A program made the translations under genes and the position numbers. Positions 9,144 through 19,204 of a stretch of DNA of 20,000 bases are shown here, in pieces. The stretch is from NCBI GenBank assembly GCA_021432655.1, contig MU271349.1:65326-85325 (forward strand), written 5' to 3'. Under the pieces are notes generated by a model. The model was not told the origin of the DNA. It ran no database searches and saw only the letters and a list, made by a program, of their open reading frames with translations. The DNA is from Atractiella rhizophila. Taxonomy: Eukaryota. Each line of letters begins with the position of its first letter. Positions within the stretch are counted from its first letter, which is position 1.

Positions 9144-12100
9144 ATGCCAGGCTTGCCCTCCCCACCTTCCTTCGACGTCAAAGTCCAAGGGTTGACGATC
9201 TCTCCACCGCCAGGGACGCAGAGGATACCGCTGATACCCTTCACTGTTAATCTGCCAGAAAATTGGTTTGGGAAAAAGCGAGTGCAGAGGAAATTGTTGG
9301 ACAATGTTAGTCTTACGTGCAAGAAAGGCGAGGTACTTGCCATGTAAGTTATGCTCTGCCTTCGGCGAATCGGTGTGTTTGCAAGAGGAAAGATGATCGC
9401 GAGCGCTTTTGCTCATTGTCAAACGGAATACTTTGCCTAACATTGTTATTGATTCTCCAAAGAAGCTCTTCCGGGTTACTTAACACTCTAGCGATATAAT
9501 CAGCTGCAAGGGAACGGAAACATCTTGAATCCTATTGTCACAGTAGCTCCAATGGAGATTTCTCTTTTCTGCAGCGCATTATAGCTGCTTTGGCACTGAG
9601 CCTTTCTTAAGCTGTCTGAAGCTCTCAGCGCTGCAGAGAGACTTCTGTCGAGTCGCAAAGACCGCATCGCAGTGGAGGCGGTGTTTCCCTGTTACAAGCA
9701 ACGCTAAATGCACAATTTCGAAGCACCACGGACTCGAGCAGAGATTTCGACGACCTCATGAACTGAAAATAAGGATTTCGGACCTTCCTGTCCAATTCCA
9801 CTGCTAGTAAAGTTGACAATGTTAATATCCATTGGGTACAATTGCTACGGACCTTCCTGTCCAATTCCACTGCTAGTAAAGTTGACAATGTTAATATCCA
9901 TTGGGTACAATTGCTAGTGTTAGTAGTTGCCCTTTAGCTGACAGGAAAATATGTCCTCTCTTCTCAGGAGTTAAGAGTCCCAGAACCGCACTGATAGTCA
10001 TATTCAGCATTGGGGGCTCAGGAAGCGGCAAGAGCACGCTTCTTTCCTCACTCGCCGCTCGTCTGGCCAATCTCGAAATGGATTCCGGCGAGATCAGCTT
10101 TATCCCTCGCTCTTCAGGTCCATCTGTGTCCGGAGGTTTGAGAATTTCGAAAGAGCACAAACATCCACGAGGGATTAGCAAGATCGTGGGATATGTGAAA
10201 CAAGACCCGAGTTTGTTGCCGTATCTGACTGGTGCGCTTCACACCTTTACTTTCCTGAAATCCTGGATCAGTTGACGTGGTTGGCATGGACAGTGAGGGA
10301 AACTTTGGAAACTGCCGCTGCACTCAGATTGCCTTCGGACGCGCCGGCGAGCATTGTCGCTGAGATTGTGCAACAGACTTTGAACGAGCTGGGCCTGGAA
10401 GAACAGGCGGAAACCATTGTTGGAGCGGAAGGTGGACGAGGGTGGGGGAGGAAGGTTTGCTGCTATCCCCTCTTTTACAACTGAGTTCTGCGTGACTAAC
10501 GTGTCAATGTGCAGGGAATTTCAGGCGGCGAACGCAGACGGTGTGTCCTCCTCTCACCATTTAATGGATAACCCGAACCAAATTATGCGCAGATTGAGCA
10601 TTGGTTGTGTCATGGTCACCCGCCCTTCTGTTCTCCTCTTGGACGAACCCACAACAGGGCTGGACGCCTTCTCGTCGTATCAACTCCTCTCCACGTTATC
10701 CCAATTATCCCGTCGAGGGCGTACAATTATTTTGAGTATCCACCAGCCTCGCTCAGAAGCGTTCAAAATCTTCGACCGTCTAGCGGTCCTCACGAAAGGC
10801 TCTCTCGTCTACGCTGGTGCGACAAAAGATGTCATGTCATATTTCCGGAGCGTTGGGCATAAGCCCTTGTTGAAGCAGCAGAACCCTCTTGATTGGGTCA
10901 TCGATCTAAGTAGCGTCGACACGAGGGACGATGACCTCGAAAGAGAGAGCACGGAGAGAGTGGAGAAGCTGAAGGAAGAGTGGAGAAAGAAGGCAGATTA
11001 TTCAAAGGATTCGAACCATGAACCTTCGACGGAAGCGAAAGCTTCCTCGAATCGATCTTCACTGGAGAAGGAGCCGTTAGACGAGATGTCGACTTACGTC
11101 GACCCAGAGAAACGAGTTTCATCTGTTTTAGATGATAAGTACCCACTGGAGGATCCGTCACCGATTGGAGATATCAAGAAAGATCAAAACGATGAGCTTG
11201 AGCGGTTCTCGTCTTTTGGAGAAGGAAGCGAGCTTATCGGCAAGCGTCCATCGTGGTGGCGACAAACTATCGTACTGACGAGACGAGCACTGCTGAACGT
11301 TCTGAGGAATTATGGGCAGACAGCTGGATTCTTCATACAGACCATCATCATGGCTGTTGTAATTGGGGCCGCATTCTACCAATTACCAGAAAATCCAGGT
11401 GGGATTCAATCTATCAAGACGCTGTGCGTCACTGCCTAATAACTGAGAAGGTAACTTATTACATCATTGCTGCACAGGTGCTATTTCGTCAACGTGATGA
11501 ACTATTATCTCCTCCTTATGGTCTACACCTTCGTCCTTTGCTCTGAATTCCGCGTTTTTGATTATGAGCGCGAGGACGGGCTTTATGGAACCCTGCCTTA
11601 CCTGGTAGCTATTAATTTAGCATATCTCCCCATCAATGTGATAGCGTTCGTTTACTCCTTTGATCTTGATAAATGTTAAACTGATTACTAGACCCACGGT
11701 ATACTCAATCATCGTCTACTTCATGACGGGATTGCGAAAAGACGATCTCGCTTACCATTTTTGCTGCTTCATGGCCAACGTACGGAGGTCGCTTCGTTTA
11801 CCAAACGTCAAACTTATCTATATCAACAGCATATCCTCCAACAAATTGCAAGTTTCGGCTATGGTCTCGTTTCTGCGGCGACAAGTCGATCCTTCGCTCG
11901 TGCAAGTTTAGTTGGAAATTGTGAGCAATAAATTTGGCAGATTTGATGGACTAACAACTCGGATAGCCTCTTCAATAGTTCTCCTTCTTACTGCCGGATA
12001 TGTCTTGGTGGATGTCCCGGTTTACATGTAAGAAGCTAATCTCTTCTACTGCCATAAACAAGACTTACCATCGCCCGAAGCAAATGGGCAAGGTGGATCA

Positions 12101-15058
12101 GTCCGTATTATTACGGCTTCCATTGGCTCGCAACATCTCAATTCGAGGATCGACGGTTTGCCTGCAAAGGTATTTGACTTCGTTTACAAGTAGTGACGGG
12201 AGATGAACTACTTTGCAGGGATCACTGGACCTGCGGCCAATCAATGCATAGGGGAAAACGTGCTTATAGGAATGAAAATCAACGGAAGCATTCCCGATTA
12301 CGGTATAGCTTTATCCTTCTACAGGATCCTACTGATGAGAAACGCTAGCATGGCCGTTGGGGATCCTAGCATTCTGTACTCTTTTGTTCACGTCAGCTAA
12401 TTTCCTCATGGTTGCATCTTGTCACTGATTGCTCTGCTTAACGCTGGGCAGGATATCCTTCATCCTTCTTCAGTGGCATCACCCTGGAGGCGTCAAACAT
12501 GCACGAGCGCGATACACGGATGAAGCTGAGTTAAAACGAACAGAAAAAACAAGCTTGCAAGAACTTGAAAGCCAGCGGACGAGGGACGGCATCAAAGTTT
12601 CCGTGGAGCATTTACGGCTTTCAGTCATCCAGAAGGCTTTCGTCCATCCAAAAGAATCGAAGGAAAAAGTTATCCTCGACGAGTGCTTCGGAGAATTCAT
12701 GCCTGGCAAAGTCACTGCCGTCATGGTAAGTATCCAGAATAAAATAATCCAGGATGCTTACTTCAGAACAGGGACCAAGTGGTGCTGGAAAGAGTAGCCT
12801 TCTGCAACTTCTTGCTGGCCAGCTCCAGGAAGGCGCAATATCTAAATGGAAGTGCGAAGGATCGATTAAATTCAATGAACACGCCGCCGATAACCATCGA
12901 AACATCTGTGGTTTCGTTGAACAAGTGCGTTGGTTTCCGAACACTTGGCCAGACTGATCGTTTATCTTTCTAGAGCGATAAACATCTTCTCCCCGCCCTC
13001 ACTGTAAGCAATGATCTCAGACTGGCGATGGTGACCATAGTTTCCCATAGGTGCGAGAAACGTTGCTATATGCTGCAGTATTGAAGCTCCGAAACATGAC
13101 CAAACGACAAAAAGCAGCCAGGGCAGAACAGGTTTTGAGGATGTGAGTTCTCTCTCTGTGTCGCCACCATAAAATCTAACTTTTTATAGGTTGGGCTTGA
13201 AAGAGTGTGCGGATAACTTGGTGGGAGGTGACTTGATCAAAGGTAGATTTGCGTCTGCTTCTCGCGCTCTCGTTGACTGAACTATACAGGCATCAGCGGG
13301 GGCGAAAAAAGGTGTGTCAAGAGCACATCCTCATGAGGAAGACTAAGGTGTCTGCAGGCGCCTGTCTTTAGCGATCCAACTACTCAGCGATCCGCCAGTG
13401 ATAGTAGCGGATGAACCACTGTCTGGTCTAGATTCCTTCATTGCCCGCAACATCATGGAGTGCCTTTCTGCTATCGCACGCTCGGGGCGAACCGTCATCA
13501 TTTCGATACACCAACCTCGTTCGGACATCTAGGATCTCTTCGATTATGTCCTTTTACTCGCCAAGGGTGGCAAGACAGTGTTCTGGGGTCCAAAGGACGA
13601 AGCTCTTCCAACGTTCGCTTCTATCGGTCTGGAATGCCCCAAAGGTAAGCTCATCTTGAGCCAAGAGTTAGTCTGACGATCCATATAGACTACAACCCAG
13701 CCGATTTTCTCATCGACGCCATCAGCATCAACAAGCGTACAAAGGAAGATGAGCATCGTTCATCGAAACGTTTGAGCCAAATGCTCGATGTATGGAGCCA
13801 GCAAATCTCGTTTGCTTCGAAAACGTCTGAACGCCAACCTGCCAACGACGCAGTTATCGCACATGATACGAAATCTGCGCCAATGCGCTATGCGTTGCCT
13901 ACGGTCATCTCTCGAAGCTGGAAGAATATGCGACGGCAACCTGATGTCTTTCCAGTTAGGGCTGTGAACCCTCCGTTCCTCGCTCTTATCTTTTGGTTTT
14001 TCTATCAACGTCTTTCTCTAGGTCCAACCGGATCGCAGAATCGCATCGGCTTGTTCCAGCAAAACAGTGCTCTTCAGTTCGTCGGAATGTTATCATCCAT
14101 GGCAATCTATCCGAACGAAAGGAATTTGTTCCTTTATGAATGGTCCAGTACTTCGCGATACTCGCCAGAGACTTTTCTCCTTAGCTATACAGCTATTGAG
14201 CTCCCCTTTCAAGTCATCGCCTCCCTGCTTTATGCCATAATCTTCATCTATGGAATGGACCTCCAACACGTGAGCCTACTTTTCCCTTTGTTATTGGCGA
14301 AGTTGAAGTTGAGAACACTGCACAGACGCCGCGCATTTTCTTTGAATATTTTACTTCCTGCTGGGCCCTCATATCTGTGGGCGAGAGCATCGGGGTGCGT
14401 ATACGTTTTCTTCCCTGATCTCACTTCTTATTTCTCGAATATCCAGATCGTCTTTTCCACCTTCGTCGAAAATGGCGGTCTTTCGGTCTCTCTCGTTTCT
14501 TCAGGCACGTCCACTCTCTCCTTCATCAGCCAAGCAAAGGTCGTTAATGGTGTGACTCTCGGAATAGCACTGTCAACGATGGCGATAATCTCTGGCATCG
14601 TATCAGCTAACGTGCCCACCTGGTTCCAAGCTATCGCTTGGGTAGCAGTGATCAAGATCAGTTCGCGAATACAGATTATCAACGAGATGATTGGGCTGCG
14701 ATTCAATTGTACCCAGGACCAAATCGCGAATGGACAATGTCTAGCATGTCAGTATTCGATAACCCTCGATTCCTTACTCTCCCACGATCCCTACCTCTCA
14801 CAAGCTCCTGTATTGGAAGACGTGTGCTGATTCCAAGCGTGGAAAAGTGACGGGTGAACAGGTGCTAGATACCCTTTCGATCAAAGATCGAAACACTGGT
14901 AAATTTATCGGGTCAGTTCTCCTCCTTGCCCTTTCCCTTCATCATTGGAAGGAGAATACTGACACTGTGGATGCGTGTGTAGGATCATGATGGCTGTTGT
15001 TGTTGCGTATAGGCTCGCCGCACTGGCGGCCTTGAGAATCAAAGTTCGATACCTCTAA
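9144..15058 (+). CDS. Full-size ABCG transporter, (NBD-TMD)2 topology, yeast YOL075C-like; ~25 exons; contains one in-frame TAG at 13530-13532
   Basis: NBD1: GGSGSGKST, ISGGERRR, LLLDEPTTGLD, SIHQPRSE. NBD2: GPSGAGKSS, ISGGEKRR, IVADEPLSGLD, SIHQPRSD. Two ABC2-type membrane domains; ends LRIKVRYL* (TAA 15056-15058). Both NBDs are canonical, unlike PDR5-type pumps. The YOL075C-like assignment is inferred from architecture. Confidence 0.92.
9779..9916. repeat. Perfect 69-bp tandem direct duplication in intron 1 of the ABCG gene
   Basis: 9779-9847 is identical to 9848-9916 (CGGACCTTCCTGTCC...GGGTACAATTGCTA). Confidence 0.97.
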
Positions 15059-15292
15059 CCGAGGGACGGTTGGGATGGATAGACAATCTACCGTTTTAGG
15101 AATATGAAGTGTAAGCGCACAGCGTGCGCAATCGTCCATAGAAGTGCTTGCTGACGAAGAGGAGAGAAAGTTTCATTGAGACGTAAAATATGGAGCAATG
15201 AGATTGATGAGACGTGAATGCATGAAGGATAGAGGATGAATTAACTGCGAAATAAGCAAAGGTGACCATACAAAAGATGGACGCAAACCAAT

Positions 15293-16200
15293 CTATGGTG
15301 CGGAAGTGGTAGTCCCCTCCTTCCTCACACCTTCTCCCTCCAAGCCAGGTGGAATGAAACCGGAGCCCTCCATTCTCCGCTCTTCATTTCCCTTCTCGCT
15401 CGAGTTCCCTCCCTTCTCTCCCTCCTCTACTAAGAGGTCGTGTTCGTTCAGGAGACCTTCTAGTGACTGTCCTTCTTCTCCATACTTCTTCCTATGGTTC
15501 TGAACGAGCTGTTCCATGCGCAGCGCAACACATAGCACATACATCAGAACGTGGCGCACGTCAGAAAGAAATAAGGAACGGACCTGAAGATGGTAAGCAG
15601 CGTCATATCCCTTCATGTCCAACTTGGAAATGAATCCTCGCACGCTCTTGCTCTTTCCTTCTTCCACACCGCCGTACCTCGATATCTCTTTCCGAAACGC
15701 ATACGGCCACTCCGGATAGGCATCTTCTCTTCTGGCCAGTTCAGACGAGACCGGGACAATCTTGGAAACGTAAGGTCGCAGCTAACGTCCACGACAGCAC
15801 AAAAATGGTTAAAGTCAGCATTTGGTGAATTGAGGAGGATTGATTGAGGAGAGAGGAAGGCGCAAGACGGTCGAGACGTACGCGAGACTGCTCCCAATCC
15901 GGGTCTTGAGGTGGTACGAAACGGTTCATGCGCTCTGGCATGAGAATATATGCCCCCGGATTCTTGGAGAATCCGTGCCTTCCTTGTCGTTTGGGAGGAA
16001 GACCAGGCAACGTACCCGTTCCTGTACCAAATAAATCCCATCGTTAGAAAGTCAACAAACATCATATTATGGCTGGTATTATGGGCAGCAAGAGGGAGGA
16101 GTGGGAGATACGAACCCTTGTAAAAATGCTTGTTCCCATGTTTTGGCGACATGGGAAACTTCCTGGCCTTCTTCCCGAGTGCTGGCAGTGTGGGACGCAT
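15293..16200 (-). CDS. MRPL27: Mitochondrial ribosomal protein mL41 (MRP-L27 family); exons 16200-16116, 16021-15882, 15781-15584, 15508-15293
   Basis: Spliced translation has PMSPKHGNKHFYKGTGT...GRH...GAYIL...RFVPP...LRPYVS, matching the mL41 core (yeast PLTTKQGNKTMYKG...GRH..GGYVI...LKPYV), plus a long charged C-terminal extension. Confidence 0.85.
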
Positions 16201-16322
16201 GGTTGTCTATGTATGCTTTGGCTCACGAAGCCCTGGCAAAATAATGAAGGAGTTGGTCGTGGTTGGCAATGGTTGGTGTGAAAGTTTTCGCCCGAATTCG
16301 GCAAGGCCGAAGGGACTGTCCG
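16201..16322. promoter_or_regulatory. Compact bidirectional promoter between MRPL27 and the thioesterase
   Basis: 122 bp between divergent ATGs (16200 and 16323), or ~296 bp if the thioesterase starts at 16497. Confidence 0.5.
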
Positions 16323-17940
16323 ATGATGGCCCAACGACGACGCTTTCCCTTTGTTCTTTTTGCTCTCATTCTCACAGCAGCATTGGCTTTCTTCGTCCGC
16401 CTACGCACCTTCCCTTCCACCCAACTGGCCTCCCGCATCGCCACCGCTTGGGCTAGCAGATCAGTCACAAGCACACCATCCGCCAGAACAACAACTATGT
16501 TTTCCTTCCCAGGCAGACCACCCACCAAACAACCTCTGTTGGAGGTGCCGGGGGACCATTTTCACAAAGGTGCTTCAATTATTAAGCTTTCCTGGATGTC
16601 ATATTGACGATGACAACAGCGACGAGGACTTTGACTTTTGAGTCGAAAGAGAAACACACTGCAACCGTGATCTTTGCACATGTAAGTTAGCTCTGTCAAA
16701 AACGTTGAAGAAATAAGAGCAGCCTGACGAGAAGTGATGAAAGGGACTAGGAGATTCGAGTGATGGGTGGATATTCCTCAAAGATTATCTAGGGGACAAG
16801 TTTCCCGCACGTTAAATGGCATGTCCTTCCTTTTTTACCTCCATGGATGCTAATGTGCGACAAAGGATCCTACCCAACGCGTCTGTGATATATCTATCTC
16901 GGAGTCGGATTGCATTTATAATTGTGGATTGGTAGGCCGCACGCCAAGGTAACAGTGAACGGAGGAATGGCGATGAACTCCTGGTCCGTCTCCCATTCAT
17001 TTCCTTTATTCTCATCCACATTATTCCTGATCGCACTGGATACAGGTTTGACATCTATTCCTTCGGACCAACGGGTCCATCCCTCGATAGTTACCAGTCA
17101 GTCTCGATTCCAATCGAGTAAATCAGTGCCTCTTCCCTCTCTCCCTGACGCCAGTTCCACATACGGGATAGGGATGACGAAGATGGGACATTGAAGAGCG
17201 CGAGGACCATCATCGAATTAGTGAAGCTCGAAGTTGAGGCTGGTATCCCGAGCGACAGAGTCGTCATTGGCGGGTTCAGTCAAGGTATCCCTCTCCTCCC
17301 CTTTGTAAATTCGTTTGAGGATCCTGAGAGAGATTGGTGGGCGGGCGCAAGGCGCAACTATCACTTCGCTAGCCGCTATCACCTCCGAGCTCAAACTCGC
17401 AGGTCAGGTCAGTCTCTCTGGAAGGTTGCCGCTCTTTAAGACCGTCCATAATGTCCGTCCTCTCCCTTCTCCTCTCCACTATACGTTGAGCTCATGCTTT
17501 GCTTTGTTGTACTGCGCCAATTATGGAATCAATCAGTTGGCGACGGATCACGCAAGGACCCTGCAGGTGTTTTGGGGACACGGGAAGGCGGATCCGTTGA
17601 TCAAATACCAATGGGCAGAGATGAGCGTTTCCTTGTCGGTCTCCCTTCCTTCTGTCTCCCTCGCTGTCAATGCTCGAGTTGACGGATGCTGATGCGATGC
17701 AATTTGCTGCGTGCGATGTGGGATGTAGGATGCGGGAGAAGTTGAAGATGAAGAATATCGATTTTAGAGGGTATGATGGTACGTTTGGCTTTCCATTCGG
17801 TTCCCCTTCGCAATCTCTGCATGTGACTTATCTACTGCTTGTTACCTGATTGTTTAGGCGTGGTCCATACTGCTTCACAGGAGGAATTGGACGATATGGC
17901 AGAATGGTTGGAGAAGAGGATACCGAAGATCGATGGTTAG
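16323..17940 (+). CDS. Acyl-protein thioesterase 1 / lysophospholipase (Abhydrolase_2), ~10 exons; apparent +1 frameshift at ~16801-16807
   Basis: Motifs KHTATVIFAH/GLGDS..GW, PHVKW/ILPNA/P..KVTVNGGMAMNSW/FDI, GIPSDRVVIGGFSQG, SLSGRLP, FWGHGKADP, YDGVVHT...EELDDMAEWLEKRIP; catalytic Ser/Asp/His all present. Exon 16744-16818 is one base too long to keep frame. Confidence 0.88.
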
Positions 17941-18118
17941 ACGATTGTTGACCTTGTTCATATCATCATGTATGGAAGTTCTGCTCTGTAAAGGTGGCAC
18001 ATAACTATATTATGTTGTCATCAGCTGTTCTCAACAGTATTCCTTTATCGACGAAGAAGAAGACTGCTTAGGGAAGCGAAAAGGTGACATAGTTTTGCAA
18101 ACAGGGACCGTAGTTTCG

Positions 18119-19076
18119 TAAGCTTGGCGACAAGCCTCCTCCTTTGCTTGCGACGGAGCCGAAGCGGTCGGCTTGACCTTCGGCGAATTTTTGGCATTTT
18201 CGACTTCAACTCGACCTACCGTGGTCCCAATGAACAAGTGGGAGAAGTGGTTGGTAGTGGTAGAAAGAGCCGGCTCTAGACTACTAGGCTGCCATACAGC
18301 TAAGGGGGAGAGCGGGTAATGGGGGAGAAATTTCGGTTTGAAATTGATGTGTCTTCCCGTGTTTTGGTCAGAATGGGTTACTTCTCCAGTGAAATTCCAG
18401 AGCTTTCTGAGACTCTTCCACACCCTACACCGACATGCTAACACCTTCAACTTCTAGACTACTATGCCGCTATACAGCTAAGGGGGAGAACGGGTAACGG
18501 GGGAGGAATTTCAGTTTGAAAGTAGTGATTGTTCCCATCTTCACATACTATTGTGATGAGTCCAGGTCTCACCACTTCCAATTCAGGTTTCCGTTTCTTG
18601 TTTTGTAGTCCATAACAGCGAAATGAAATACATTTCATTGGCAGAATACTCCCAAAGCGACATTATATCATAGCAGTGAATCCATTTGCACAGTGAGCCT
18701 GAAGAGAAGGTAACTATGGAAATTTCTGCAGCCTTATCACCCACCAAAAAAGTAGACGGTGTTAGCATGTCGGTGTAGGGTATGGAAGAGTCTCAGATGC
18801 TCTGGAATTTCACTAGAGAAGTAACCCCATCCAGACCAAAACACGGGACGACACATCAATTTCAAACCGAAATTTCTCCCCCATTACTCGTTCTCCCCCT
18901 TAGCTGTATGGCAGCCTAGTAGTCTAGAACCGGCTCTTTCTACCACTACCAACCACTTCTCCCACTTGTTCATTGGGACCACGGTAGGTCGAGTTGAAGT
19001 CGAAAATGCCAAAAATTCGCCGAAGGTCAAGCCGACCGCTTCGGCTCCGTCGCAAGCCTCCTCGTTGCCAAGCTTA
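18119..19076. mobile_element. Non-autonomous Mutator-like (MULE) foldback element, 958 bp
   Basis: TIRs of ~330 bp (18119-18453 and 18750-19076) with few mismatches; termini TAAGCTTGGC...GCCAAGCTTA; exact 9-bp target-site duplication GTAGTTTCG at 18110-18118 and 19077-19085; no transposase ORF. Long TIRs with a 9-bp TSD are typical of the Mutator superfamily. Confidence 0.92.
18453..18521 (+). repeat. Third, diverged copy of a 69-bp TIR sub-segment (direct repeat of 18275-18343)
   Basis: TCTAGACTACTA..ATACAGCTAAGGGGGAGA..GGGTAA.GGGGGAG.AATTTC.GTTTGAAA is present at both positions with scattered substitutions. Confidence 0.9.
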
Positions 19077-19162
19077 GTAGTTTCGGGTTTGAAATAAGAT
19101 ACGGTTTACTGCGAAAGAAGAAGGAAGTTTGTGTGTTGAACTATAGACTCTGCACGAACTCT

Positions 19163-19204
19163 GGCTTGAACCGGCTGGAACCCCGGCTTAAACCAACTTG
19201 AACC
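19163..19204 (+). repeat. Four degenerate copies of a 10-mer GGCTTGAACC
   Basis: GGCTTGAACC GGCTGGAACC CC GGCTTAAACC AACTTGAACC. Confidence 0.7.

Noticed and set aside
9779..9916. Direct repeats as a CRISPR-like array
   Set aside because: Two abutting copies with no spacer, in a eukaryotic intron.
13530..13532. UAG codon reassignment or pyrrolysine/selenocysteine coding
   Set aside because: TAG terminates the thioesterase at the expected position (17938-17940) and also ends MRPL27; only one internal TAG was seen, and Sec uses UGA.
2312..17940. Functional gene cluster (NFS1, hydrolases, ABC transporter)
   Set aside because: No backbone biosynthetic enzyme or regulator; the genes are mostly unrelated housekeeping functions.
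18031..18450. 139-aa minus-strand ORF as a transposase
   Set aside because: It runs through the TIR and out past the TSD, and has no DDE or zinc-finger motifs.
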